From positions 31,868,001 to 31,932,000 of the forward strand of contig NC_058383.1 of the NCBI RefSeq assembly GCF_018350175.1: 64,000 bases of DNA, read 5' to 3'. The notes below the pieces were generated by a model. The model ran no database searches, was not told where the DNA came from, and was given only the letters and a program-made list of their open reading frames with translations. The first letter of the stretch is position 1. Each line of letters starts with the position of its first letter. Source of the DNA: Felis catus (lineage: Eukaryota). The translations under genes and the position numbers were made by a program. Positions 51,561 to 63,173 of the stretch are shown piece after piece.

Positions 51561-51592
51561 CTGTGCCATCACAATCAGCCCCGATTATATAA
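51561..51592 (+). promoter_or_regulatory. TNP2: TNP2 promoter: CTGTGCCATCACAAT and TATA box TATATAA (51586-51592)
   Basis: The TATA box is 92 nt upstream of the ATG. Confidence 0.75.
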
Positions 51593-51677
51593 GCAGGGGC
51601 TGCCGAGGCCTCTGTAAAGCCGGGCGTGCTGCGAGAGGAGAAGGAGGAGGCCTCTGCCCCTCCAAGCGTGGCCTCCC

Positions 51678-52032
51678 ATGGACACCAAGACGCAGAGCCT
51701 TCCCGTCACCCACACCCAGCCCCACAGCAACTCTCGGCCCCAAAGCCACACCTGCAGCCAGTGCTGCGGCCGGAGCCGGAGCCAGAGCCAGAGCCGGAGC
51801 CGGAGCCGGAGCTCCGGCCACAGCCCAACCGACCACCAGAACCAGAGTCCAGACCCCAGCCCACCGCCGAGGCACCAGAAACACAGCATGCGCTCCCACC
51901 ACTGCCCCCCGCGACCCACCACTCGTTCCTGCAGCTACCCCAAGAACAGAAGGAATTCGGGAGGAAAGGTGAAAAAGAGGAAGGCGGCCAAGAGGAGCCC
52001 GCAGGTGTATAAAACAAAGAGGCGGAACTCAG
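51678..52032 (+). CDS. TNP2: Nuclear transition protein 2, exon 1
   Basis: [26 protein letters not shown]...[31 protein letters not shown]; donor TCAG|gtacct. Confidence 0.96.
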
Positions 52033-52227
52033 GTACCTTTCAAGCAGGTGGCGAAGGGCCACAGGCCCCTCCCCTCCCCCCTCCCCGACCCCAGACGAGG
52101 GAGAGCAGCCCAGCTGGACCTTAGGGGGAGTGAGGTAAAGGCTGCAGCCTTTAAGCCAGAGCACAGAGGAACCACAGGCAAGGGTGGCCAAGGCGAGGAG
52201 ACTAGGGCGGTCGTACAGGTGACGCAC

Positions 52228-52745
52228 TGATGGACTAGCTCTTCAAACAGAGTGGGATGATGGGCAGGGTGGCCGGATTGTGGGTTAGCTAGATGGGTGG
52301 ATGTGAGGCTGGCTGGGTAAACCACTCATTAGAAGGTTGGTCCATAGAGGGTTGGGTGACCAAGGTTAGGCGGCTGAGTGGACAGAGGGAGCGAGGGATA
52401 GACTGCACCCCCGTCCTCCCCCGTCCCATGACTGGTGAATGGATGGTGAATGGGTTGGGCATAGTTCGACAGCTGCGGAAAGAAAGGTGAAATGGTTGAC
52501 GATGGGCTAGGTGGGTAGATGAGCAGATGAGTGGATGGATAAAAGGGTAGATGAACTGGCTGGTCAACTGGAAGCCTGACTGCACCGTGGGAGGAAGACG
52601 TTTGGACGGACAGACTGAATGGGTAGCCTGGATCCAGTTTAGTGAAAGGGCGTTGGGTAATAGAGGGTCTGGGTGAATTCATGGATGGTTGGGTGATAAG
52701 TGGGACAAATGGGCGGATTCACAGAAGGCAAAAGGGTGTTGACAG
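52228..52745. repeat. Degenerate (TGGA/TGGG)n low-complexity tract in the TNP2 intron
   Basis: Recurring ggatgggtggatg, gtggatggat, atggatggttgggt. Confidence 0.6.
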
Positions 52746-52859
52746 TCTAATAAGCTCCACCCACACCCCCCGTATTTAGTTGCCGAGGAGCAGTCCAAAA
52801 TCCAAGGGAGGCAGCGACGCACTCCCAGTTAAAGGTCCTCTCCCCTTCCCATCCCTCAG

Positions 52860-52876
52860 GGCGGAAATACAACTGA
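52860..52876 (+). CDS. TNP2: Nuclear transition protein 2, exon 2
   Basis: Acceptor tcccatccctcag|; (G)RKYN-TGA. Protein 123 aa; ATTAAA at 52999-53004. Confidence 0.93.
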
Positions 52877-55003
52877 GACAGCACCCCATGGCTTGTTCCT
52901 GCATCGGCTGCACCCAAATGAGAAATGCCATCGCGCGCTAGAAGGAAGTCAAACTTTTTGCAGGAATGCATTATTACGGTGATTTCTATGCAACGTTGAT
53001 TAAAGCTTGTACACTGGATGACCATTCCTGGAGTTGGCGTCTTGGTTTCACGAGAGGGGGCACGTGGTTGGGGGGCCTGGCTTGGAAGCTCAAAGAAGGA
53101 AGAGGCCGTGTAAGGAGCAGGGGCGTGGCTCGCGCCGGGACCTCGCGGAAGTGTGCGAACCAACGCGAGCACAGGAGCAGAAACTAAGGCGGGCTGGACA
53201 CGCCAGGAAGCTGGGAAGCAGACGGGCGGAGCCCTCCTCGGCCCTGTACCTCCCACCTCGGTGCACACACACCCGAGATGCCCACGGGCCCACACGTTCA
53301 TGTGACCCACATGCCGTAGCCAGCACACAAGAGTGGCAGGAGACAGGCGAGGGGAGGGGTCGGGAATGTGCATTTCGAAGTCCAGAGCACCCCGAGTTTG
53401 AACCCTGGCTCCCGTTTCCCTGCTGGTGACGCTCCACAACTTAGCTAAGGGCCCAGGTACGTTCTGGGGCTGTGCTGGGCTCTGGGAACACAGAGGACAC
53501 ACAGGGCCCCGTCCAGAACATTCTGGGCCAAAGGAAGAGTGTGTGCAGGTGGCGGGGCAGTGCCAGGTGGGGGCCAGGTCCTGCGGGGGTTTGCACCGGG
53601 AGCCTGGCCGTTCAAGTCACAGGAGGGTCTTAACAGGGTCCCGTGCTCGCTGCCGTGTGGAGACGGAGCTACAGGGAACAGAAGAGCCGGCACAGAGGGG
53701 ACAGCCATCTGGAATCAGTCTCCTCCTCTGGAGGTGTCGAGGGTGTGAAGGGGCACGCAGGCCTCACGCTTTGCACATAGTTTGCACTGAAGGAGCCTCT
53801 GCAAAAGTAATAAGGCAGACGAAGTACCAGATGGTGGGAATGGTTAGGGCCCCATGTAAATGACCACAAGTGGCTTAGGGTCAGACCCAAGTTCCTCCGA
53901 GACCACCCTGCTCCACGTCTAACCGGGTAATCATTTCTCCCCTCACAGTCCAGCAGCCCAGTCACTGCCTGGCAAAGTACCCAGCACAGTGCTGGGCCCA
54001 TGGATGCTTGGGATTCCCTTTTGTGTTTCACTTGGCATCTGGGCTAACGGAACCGAGGGGAACATGTGGAGACGGGTCAGGCGTGGAAGTGCTCGGGGGG
54101 TCTGCAGTAGACGGAAAGGAACCAGGAGGGGGTCTTACAGCAGTGGCGACTTCATGAAAGTGCCATCACACTGTATGTCAATTACAGCAAGGCTGACTTT
54201 TGCGGGACAGTGGCAGGACCCCGAAGGTCCCCCCTCAGATCTCTGCTGTGTGGCTTTAGAGAGTCATTTTCCCTCTCTGTGCCCTGGTCTCATCTCCCGA
54301 GGAGTTACCTGAAGGGGGTGGGGATGTTCCCTGAGATAATGCAATACAAGCATCCGGTACAGGGTCAGGTACACAGTGTGTACTTCCTGGGCCCCTGTCC
54401 TCCCCACAGCAGGGAGATGTTCCAGGTTGGCACCACGTACCTATGAGAGGATGTGGGGAGGGCTCAGGCGGGCTGGGGAAATTACCATTTACTGAGCACC
54501 TATGAGGTGCCAGATGCTTTGACATAAATGTTTCCACTGAATCCACACACCTAAGGCAGGAGACATTACCGCTCCCATGTTACAGATGAAGCTGAGACTC
54601 AGAGGTAAAATGGTTTGATAAGGTCTGCAGGAAGGCAGGTGTGAGATCAGACGTTTATGTTTTGCCCCAAACCACCCGGTTTCCTATTAAAAATGTAAGG
54701 CCAGATGATGCCATGATAGTCACGGACAACTCAGGGCAAAAGAGTTTGGGGAGCCCTTCTGGGGAGCACATTTTAAGGGAGCAGGTGGAGACAGAGGGTC
54801 AGAAGATGAGGTCAGGGACTTTAAGTCCCACTCACCAAAGGACCTCCCTATTCCCTGGGCAGTGTCCTTTTATGACATGATCACTGAAGGCAGGAGATCT
54901 ATTGTGGAGACACAACCTCTGTAATAAGAGAAAGTGAACTGGGAAGCAGACAGACTGGGTCACATGTTCCCATGTTTCCAACACTCAGAAAAAAGTTTCA
55001 CAA

Positions 55004-55005
<2 letters not shown>

Positions 55006-55050
<45 letters not shown>

Positions 55051-55140
55051 GATGACCAGTCACATAGACAAAGGACTCGCCCTTGGAGCCCATTCAGACA
55101 CGGAGAGAGTTAGGTTTACATGTGAACTCCTCAGCACGCG

Positions 55141-55186
<46 letters not shown>
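55006..55186. repeat. Two (CA)n microsatellites
   Basis: About 55006-55049 and 55135-55186. Confidence 0.95.
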
Positions 55187-55189
<3 letters not shown>

Positions 55190-56835
55190 CTTCACATGCC
55201 GGCAGGCACTCACAGGCACACAGCCCCCCTCTCGCGCAGACACCGATGACAAGAGGAAAAACAGCAAACCACAGGCTCATTCTTTTACTTGCTTGGTTTC
55301 GGGTGGAGAGGCAACAGTTCGGGGGCAGGTCCGCTGGAAACCCAAATTCAGGAAACAGAAACAGCCACTTTGTTCAGCCACTGGGAAGGTCATGCAGATT
55401 CTGAAGGCAACATATCTTGCCTTTCCGGTTGAGAGATTTCATTTGGGTGGGATATTGGGGGTGCGGGGTAGCCTCAGAAATGCTGGGACACAGCCTCACC
55501 TGTGGTGGGGCTGCCATTCCTACGGGCCCCGGGGGTCGCTCGGGGGACCCAGCAGTCCTGGGGCACATCCTGGGTTGAGACGCCCCGTCTGAGTACAATT
55601 CAGGAGGAAAAATACTGAAACTCTGTAGCCGTACAGACCCAGATTCACTTCCCAGCTCCCTCACTCCCTCGCTGGACGACCCTGGGCCTGGCTCTTTACC
55701 TCTCTGAGCCTTATTTGCCTCTCGTGCTTTGTGAAGAGGTCCCAGGGGCCCCTTGCTCTTGACTGCTGTATCCCCAGCACCTAGCCCGGGGGCCTATCAG
55801 GAGCTCAGTGCACATTCGTTGACTCGGTTAAGAAAAGGAGCAGGCATTAAGGCAACAGTGAGACGCCACCTGTGTGCCCACTGCACGGGCAAAAATGGCA
55901 AAGGATGGGTAATAACAAGTTCTGGTGAGGGTAAGGGAAGCAGAGACGGTTGGCTGTGGCTGCTGAGGGCGTGATGGTGGTCACGCACGCCGGCAGACAA
56001 ATCAGGCATTTGAAGCGCGCAAGGTGTTTCTCACACGTGTGCCGAGAGGAGGCCCAGGGAGGTCCAGGGTCACGTTGGTTTGTAAGAGCCAAAACCTGGC
56101 AATAACTCACGGGGCGCCTGGGTGGCTCGGTCGGTCGAGCATCCGGCTCTGGCTCACGTCATGATCTCATAGTTTGTGAGTTCGAGCCCCGCGTCGGGAT
56201 TGTGTCTCCTTCTCTCTGCCCCTCCCCAGCTTGTGCGTGCCCTCTCTCTCCCTCTCTCTCAAAGTAAATAAACTTAATTTTTTTAATGTTAAAAAAAAAA
56301 AGAATGGGGGTTGATCTCTCTATTCGGATGGCCGGCAGATGTCGTTGGGTGAAAAGAACAAGATGGGGAGAGATCTATCATTTACAGAACAAAGCAGCCT
56401 ACACAAAACAACACTTTGTTTTTACGGGGCAGGGGGCGGAGGGGAAGCACGACATAAGTGCCCACAAAAAGATCTGAAAGTGCAGAGACCAAGCCGGGGC
56501 CTGGGGTTACGTCCGGGGAGGGAAAGTGCTTTAATTATTCTATCCCAGGAAACGGAAGAGTAAGTCGAGGAGAAAAACGAAATGAGCATCGGCGAAGCAT
56601 CCAGCAGGTGCTCGGCAAAGCTTTGCTGACCTTGAAGGGAGAGGGTACAGGTGCAGCGATTATAAACCGAGCGCAGAGAACCCATGATTATAAACTGACT
56701 GCTCTGCGGCCCACGTTTCTGGGCTTGGTGGTCCAGCCAAGGTGGCCCAGAAGGCTCTCCCCAGAGGCACTCATCACCGCAGGGCAGGGAAAGGCCAAGG
56801 ACAGCACACGGCCTTCTCCCAGCCAGGCCTCTGCC

Positions 56836-59800
56836 TATAAACCCTTCCTGCTTAGCCTCATCTCCTGCCACCTGCCACTCGGGTCCTCAGAGTTTTGTCT
56901 CCAGGCCTCTGCCCGTGCCGTGCGCCTCCAGAAGCACACTCCCTTCTTGTCCCTTGGCCACGTCCTCCCTGGTCTTTCAAACTCGGGTCCAGGATCACCT
57001 CGTCCCAGAGCCCGCTCGGGGCCCTGCCGGGCTGGCCGGGTGCCTCTTCTGTGCCAGCGGGCACCGGGCCTCCCAGGTCGCGGGCCGCTGTCGAGCCTCC
57101 GGAGACGAGATGCCTCCCGAACCTGAGAACGGGGACCAATTCAAGCCGCGGTACCTGCCGTTGGCAGTAGCTTTCTCACAGTGAGCAGCGGGGTGAGGTG
57201 AGGAGTCATCCTTGGCCCCGACTCCCGATGTCCCGGCCGGCTGTGTGTGTTTCCGTGTCTGGTTTCATAGCTTTTACACATTCTCTTTTGCCCTCTGTCC
57301 ACTGCCAAACGGAACTGCCAGGCCCACCATGCTTGGAGTTCGTGAGGGTTCTTGGGGCCTCTGGATTAAGTCCATTTGCCTGAAGCCATCACACTTACTG
57401 GCGGGGGGGGGGGGGGGGCTGGGGGAGCTGGGCCTGGAACCAGTTATGTCTGGGCTCCGTGACCAACGCCCTCAGATACCCTCTTTCCTGCCCCTCCTAT
57501 TTCGGAGTTATTGATACAATAGCCCCTACTTTCTGCCTACACTTCATCTCTGACCTACCTCTTTCCCCACCTGTCGCAGGGGGATAAAGAGACCGCTGGA
57601 AGGTTCTCATCAAGTCTCCCCAGGACCAGGGAGGAGCCCTCCTGTTGTCACTTTGGAGTCCAGTCACCAGCTCATGCTACCCCTCCTGGCCTTTCGGCCT
57701 CCTCTGCTGTAGAGGAGAACCTTCTCCTTGGACTCGAGGGTCCCGAGGGGCGCACGCGTTCCCTGGAAGCCGCGATCTTTCCCGCTGTCGGGACCGGCTG
57801 GGACCAGTTCCACGCCCCACAGCGAAGCAGGGGCCTCTCCAGACAGAGGCCTCAGGTGGGGCTCAGCCTCTCCGAAACTCCTGTTCGCGTTCCACCAGCT
57901 CGCTGAGTAGCGCTTTTCTCCTCTGGTAAATGAGGGCACCTAATTACTGCCACCTCATAAGACCATGGGAAAGAGCAAGTAAGACAATATGCCAAAAAGT
58001 TGTCACCCGGCCCAGAGCTGGGGGCCCGGTAAACTGTGATTCCTCTCCCAAGGTCTCCCAGGAAGTGAGGGTTGACCCCCAGGACTCAGGCCTTGGACTC
58101 CCCAAGCAGCGTTCTCTCTTACAATGTCCCCCGGCTGTCCTTTGGTACTGGTTTTGCACCCACTTGGGGGAATAGGGTGGTGACACCCTGGCGGGTCAGG
58201 GACAGTTGTGAGGTATGTCCCAAGGCCTCTAGTGCAGGTCACTGTGGCTAAAGACCCAGCTGTCTGGAAGGTCAGAAGCCAGAGGGTTCTTTCCATGTCC
58301 AATCCTACAGTATTTCCTGGGCCTCAAGGACTGGCTCCAGCCGTCAGGGTGAAATCCAAGCCCTTCCCACCTCCTAGCCGGGACCCGCCGGACGGACTGG
58401 ACCCCTGCCAACCCCTGTGCTGAAGCACAGGTGAACCCCTGCACTCACCCCCCTTGCTGTCTACACCAACACCACGCCCTCTCTCGGGTCCTCACACACG
58501 CCTATCGTTCCCACCGCAGGGCCTTTGCATGAACTGCTTGATCTCTGTGCCCGGAGTCACCTTCAGCCCACTTTTAGAAAGATCTCAACTCCGTCACCAT
58601 CTAAAAGGCTTTCTCTGCCTGATCTCACTCTTGCCCCAAACCCGCATACCTCTCGCCGCTCCCTGTCCCCACGTTTATTTCCCCCGTGGCACTTAGCACA
58701 GCGTGAAATGCTTATGTGAATTCCCTGCCTCCCGTCTGTCTGCCTGAAGACCCCTGAGTTCCCAGCGCCTGGCAGACAGCGGGCACTCGACAACTAACCT
58801 GCTGAATGAATACCGAAGGAGGGAAATAGATGCGCTCTTACCCCCATCCTGCAGATAGGGAAACGGAGGCACAGAGAAACCAAGAAGCTTGCCCCAGGCC
58901 CCGTGCTCATTAAGTGACAGGTTTAAACCCAGGCTGATGGTTAGCCGTCTCCACGATACAAGCCACACTGCTCGGGGCTCCCCAGAGGCACCGCCTCCCA
59001 TGGGAACCCGGGCTGCCACCACAGGCTGGAGGCAGGCGGGATGGAGGAACACCGGGGCAGGGGACAACTTCAGGATCGCAGGCCCTAGCCAGGGACAGCT
59101 TTTCCCGGCAGAACTCGGCCAAAGCTGGAAAGAGAAGCTGAAAACCTGAGCCCTGTGGGCCAGGACTTTGATTCCCCACTGCTGCTGGCTGGGGCCCCAC
59201 ATGTCAGGCTGCCGCCCAGCAAGCTGTGGACAGAGGGCTGTCTCAACTGCCCTGTGACAAGAAGTCGCTTGTGCCAAGCACCTTCTCTGCCGGGCGCTCT
59301 GCTTTGGGCTCGGTGTGCACCGCTGCTCTGCGAGGGCCAGGACTTTCAGGGACTGTTTGCAGACGGGGCAGACAAGGCCCAGAGAAGGCAAGCTGCTTGC
59401 CTGAGGTCACACAGCTGGGAAGCAGCAGGCGTGGGATCCGAACGCAGCCCTGTCTTGATGTGGAGCCTGAGCTCCTCGGGGCTCCCGCGCTGCCCAGCTT
59501 CCTGCGAGCCTGGGGCCAGTCCTCCGGGGAGAAATGCCAGGAAGGCAGATGCCTGTCAATCAACCGATTTCTTTTTCCCTTTTGGTATCTGGATTTGGTT
59601 TCGTTTTGAAGTCAGGGCTTCAGAAAATGAAACCAAAGCTAGAGTGGCTGTCCTGTTGGCGGTAAGTGTCCTGGCCGTGTGCTCAGTGATTTGAGCCTGA
59701 GTCACCACGGCTTTCACAAACAGGATCTGGTCAGGGTGGAGGATGGGGCCGAGCCCACTGTATGGGCAAGAAATTGGCGCTCAAGGATGAATTCAGAGCC

Positions 59801-60505
59801 ACAGAGGGCGAGGTGGAGGCCTAGACGCTGACACCTGGGGCCTCCTCAAGCTCCGAAGTGAGAGGGAAGCTGGCAGAACCGTCCCCACTCCTCCCCAGGC
59901 AGGCTCAGGATACAGATGAATCTCTGATTTCTCTCGCATCTACTGTTTTTCTAGCAGGCAGACCAGGATTTGAGATCACCAGGAACTGGGGGAGGGAGCT
60001 GACAGCACGGTGGACACGGGTGAAAGCTTTGGGGGGTCTGATATATCCTGCAGCTCCGCCCCTTCTGAGCTGTGTGCCCCAAGGCAAGCGATTCCCCTTC
60101 TGAGCCTCAGTTTCTCTGTCTGCAAACTGGGCAGATTAGATTGTTACGCCAATCCAATGATCTAAGGACTGCAAAGCATGTGGCGCACAGTCACCTCAGG
60201 CCAACACGTCACAGGTATGAGTCAATGGGATGGAGGAGGGGGGCTTCCTTCACAGGCATGGGTGGGAGTGTGGCCACAAGACGGGGCTGTGAGAAGGGGG
60301 CTCCAGACCCCAAGGAAAGGGGTGGCTCTCCCATAGAGCCATCGAAGCTGCCAGTGGGGGTTAAGGGGGCATACGGACCATCAGCTATTTATAGATTTCC
60401 CTCTGCCCAGAGGCCTGCTGAGGAGGCTGGTGGCAGGAAGACAGATCATACAGGAGCCAGCCCAGCCTGGCCTTCTCTGGGCCCAGACCACGGCCCCCTG
60501 TTCAG
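56836..60505 (+). other. Candidate unannotated upstream exon chain (TATA 56836; exons ~56865-57197, 57580-57855, 59612-59661, 60411-60505), possibly spliced to SOCS1 exon 2
   Basis: Consensus-like splice signals and compatible reading phases, found by manual reading. No expression evidence is available. Confidence 0.35.
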
Positions 60506-61474
60506 GTGAGAGAGAAGCGCTACCCTTTCCCACTGCCAGCACCCAGAGCCCTGGTTTATCCCCACAAAACTCTCTTCCTCCTGCTTCTAAAGTGGACACA
60601 GGGATGGGGCGCTTGGGTGGCTCAGTCGGTTAAGTGACTTCAGCTCAGGTCATAATCTCATGGTTCGTGAGTTCAGGCCCCGTGTGGGGCTCTGTGCTGA
60701 CAGCTGGGAGCCTGGAGCCTGCTTCGGGTTGTGTGTCTCCCTCTCTGCCCCTCCCCCACTCATGCATGTGCACATGCGCACGCTCTCTCTTTCAAAAATA
60801 AATATTAAAAAGGGGCGCCTGGGTGGCTCAGTCGGTTAAGCGTCCAACTTTGGCTCAGGTCATGATCTCGCAGTCCGTGAGTTTGAGCCCCGCGTCGAGC
60901 TCTGTGCTGACAGCTCGGAGCCTGGAGCCTGCTTCCGATTCTGTGTCTCCTCCCTCTCCCTCTGCTCCTCAGCCACCTGCGCTCAGTCTCTCACTCTCAA
61001 TATTAAATAAACATTAAAAACAAATTGAAACGGACATGGCATGAAGCCATGTGGCTACAGGACCTAACACGCTGCCCGCAGGCACCCTCAGAGGAACAGA
61101 GCAAGACCGAACGCCTGCTGAATGCTTATTATAATGAGGGATGGCTCTGAGTGTTTGACCCATAATCCCTACAATCCCTGCTGCTAGGAAGGAGGTACTA
61201 TTTTTGTTTCTGTTTCACGCATGGAGAAACCGAAGCCGAGGGGTTAATTACACACTCAGAATCACAAGGCTGGAAAGTGGTACAGGTGAACTGGAATCCA
61301 TGTAGTCTGGGTCCAAAGTCAGACTTTTAGCCACTACCTTTTTGTTTTTCCACCCCCACCACAGGGCACAGCACCAGCAGGTAGGTCCTCTGGAATGACC
61401 ACAGCACCTGACCACTGGCACATGCACGTCTCCACACCTTGTCTCCCACCTCCTTGCACACTAACGTGCGCGCG

Positions 61475-61508
<34 letters not shown>

Positions 61509-62341
61509 ACACGGGACAACTACGTTAGTGACCAATACCAGCTCCTGCCAACATGAATTCCGGGAGCTGATGGGGTCCTAAGCAAGGCTGGTTCTGGGCC
61601 ATCCCCTTGTGTTTAAGAGGAAACGTGGGCAGCCTGGGGCCAGGGAAGGAGAGCACCAAGGGGATGGGCGGGAGGACCTAGAACCCATTAGGGCTTCAAG
61701 GAGACGGGAGGGCTGGGCTGCAGTCTGAGAACGGCCTGTAGAGGGCAGTATGTGCCAGCGGGAAGCCACTCGCCAAGCCCCCAGCCAGGTCAGTCTTCTG
61801 CGTAACCCCTGAAGAGTCTGGGACTAACCACGCACTAGCCCCGACCCTCATTAGTTCTTTCTTGCCTTCAAAAATACACGTACCAACCAGGCACGTACTC
61901 CGTGCTTCTCCACGACAGACAAAGTCACCGGATCACGCACACGGATGTACAAAGTATAGCTGGCACCATCAAGCCCCCATGATCCCCAACCAGAGGTATG
62001 AGTGCGGGGTGGCGGCAGTGGCGGCAGATGCTTGACCGAGTAGCGGGAAAGGACTCTGTAAAGTAGTAGTTGGGGGAGAGGAGAGCAGGCCAGGAAAACT
62101 CAAGGTAGGTTTTTGGAATCATCACATCAATGAAACATCTTTTCATCCGGCTCCAAAGTGCGTCTGGAGGGGCCCAGCTGTTTCTCTCCCCAAAATAAGA
62201 GAGGAGGGCATGCTCATCCAGAACCCCACCCCTCATCTGCCAGTCGCTGCAGATCACAACCCCTCCGCGGGGCCTCAGTTTCTCCAGCTGTCCCCTGGCG
62301 GGGAAGCGGAGCCAAAGCTGCCCTTAACGGCCCCGCCCGGT

Positions 62342-62434
62342 TTCCGAGGAACTCGGATCCGCAGTCGAGGCGCCTTTCTCGCGCTTCCGAAGGGTTCCTC
62401 TGAAGCCTGTGGTCAGGCCGCCGCTTCCTGGGAA
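62342..62434 (+). promoter_or_regulatory. SOCS1: Three TTC-N4-GAA (STAT6-type GAS) sites upstream of SOCS1
   Basis: TTCCGAGGAA 62342-62351, TTCCTCTGAA 62395-62404, TTCCTGGGAA 62425-62434. Confidence 0.8.
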
Positions 62435-62924
62435 GCCCAAGCCAAGACCAGGGCCAGTGACGGGCTGGGAGGGGTGCGGGGGGACAGTCGCCCGAGGGTT
62501 TGGGGCTGCGGGCGGCAGGGGGACGGCGGGAGCAGCCCCAAGGGGTCCGGGGCCGGATCTGCAGGTGGGACCCCAGAATCGGGAGGTGCGGCCTGGCTAC
62601 AGGGGAGTGGAGAACAGAGATCTACCGGAGACGGGTGCCGAGATACCTGGTGGGGGGAGGGGAGAGGGGTGTGTCGGAGCCAGTCCAGTGTATACTAAAA
62701 GGGCTTGGCTGCAGAAATCTGCGCCCTAGGGCAGTAGTGGGGGCAAAAGTAGGGGCTCCAGGTGCAAAGGGGGCATCGGAATGGCAGGGGGTCCAGAGCC
62801 CTTGATGGAGGGGTCCTAGGATGGGTGTGAGGCTGGGTCAGGGGAGGGGGGTGCCTCCCCGCGGAGGGTCCCTGATGGCGTGCGAAAGGTCGAGCTCGTG
62901 TAGCCCGCGCCTCGCTCCACCGCC

Positions 62925-63034
62925 GAAAAAGAAACCGAAAGTGGCGCGGAAGGGCGGGGCCTGCGGGGGGGGTGGAGCCTTAGGGGGCGGGGCCGCCGCC
63001 AGCGGGCCCCACCTCCTACCCAGTTTAAAATAAA
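62925..63034 (+). promoter_or_regulatory. SOCS1: SOCS1 proximal promoter: IRF-E/ISRE-like GAAAAAGAAACCGAAAGT (62925-62942), GC boxes, TATA-like TTTAAAATAAA (63024-63034)
   Basis: Motifs read directly within the CpG island; consistent with interferon/IRF1 induction of SOCS1. Confidence 0.8.
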
Positions 63035-63054
63035 AGACTGGTGCAGGGGCGGGC

Positions 63055-63173
63055 GCGGAGCAGAGCGAGCTGCGGCCGTGGCAGCTGCACGGCTCCCGGC
63101 CCCGGAGCATGCGCGAGAGCCGCCCCGGAGCCCCCCGCCGCCCCGCCCGCGGCGCCCCGCGCCCCGCCGCCAG
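63055..63173 (+). other. SOCS1: SOCS1 exon 1 (5'UTR; TSS approximate)
   Basis: Ends at the strong donor CAG|GTGAGC (63174); the intron runs to the acceptor ctcccccag| at 63699. Confidence 0.85.
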
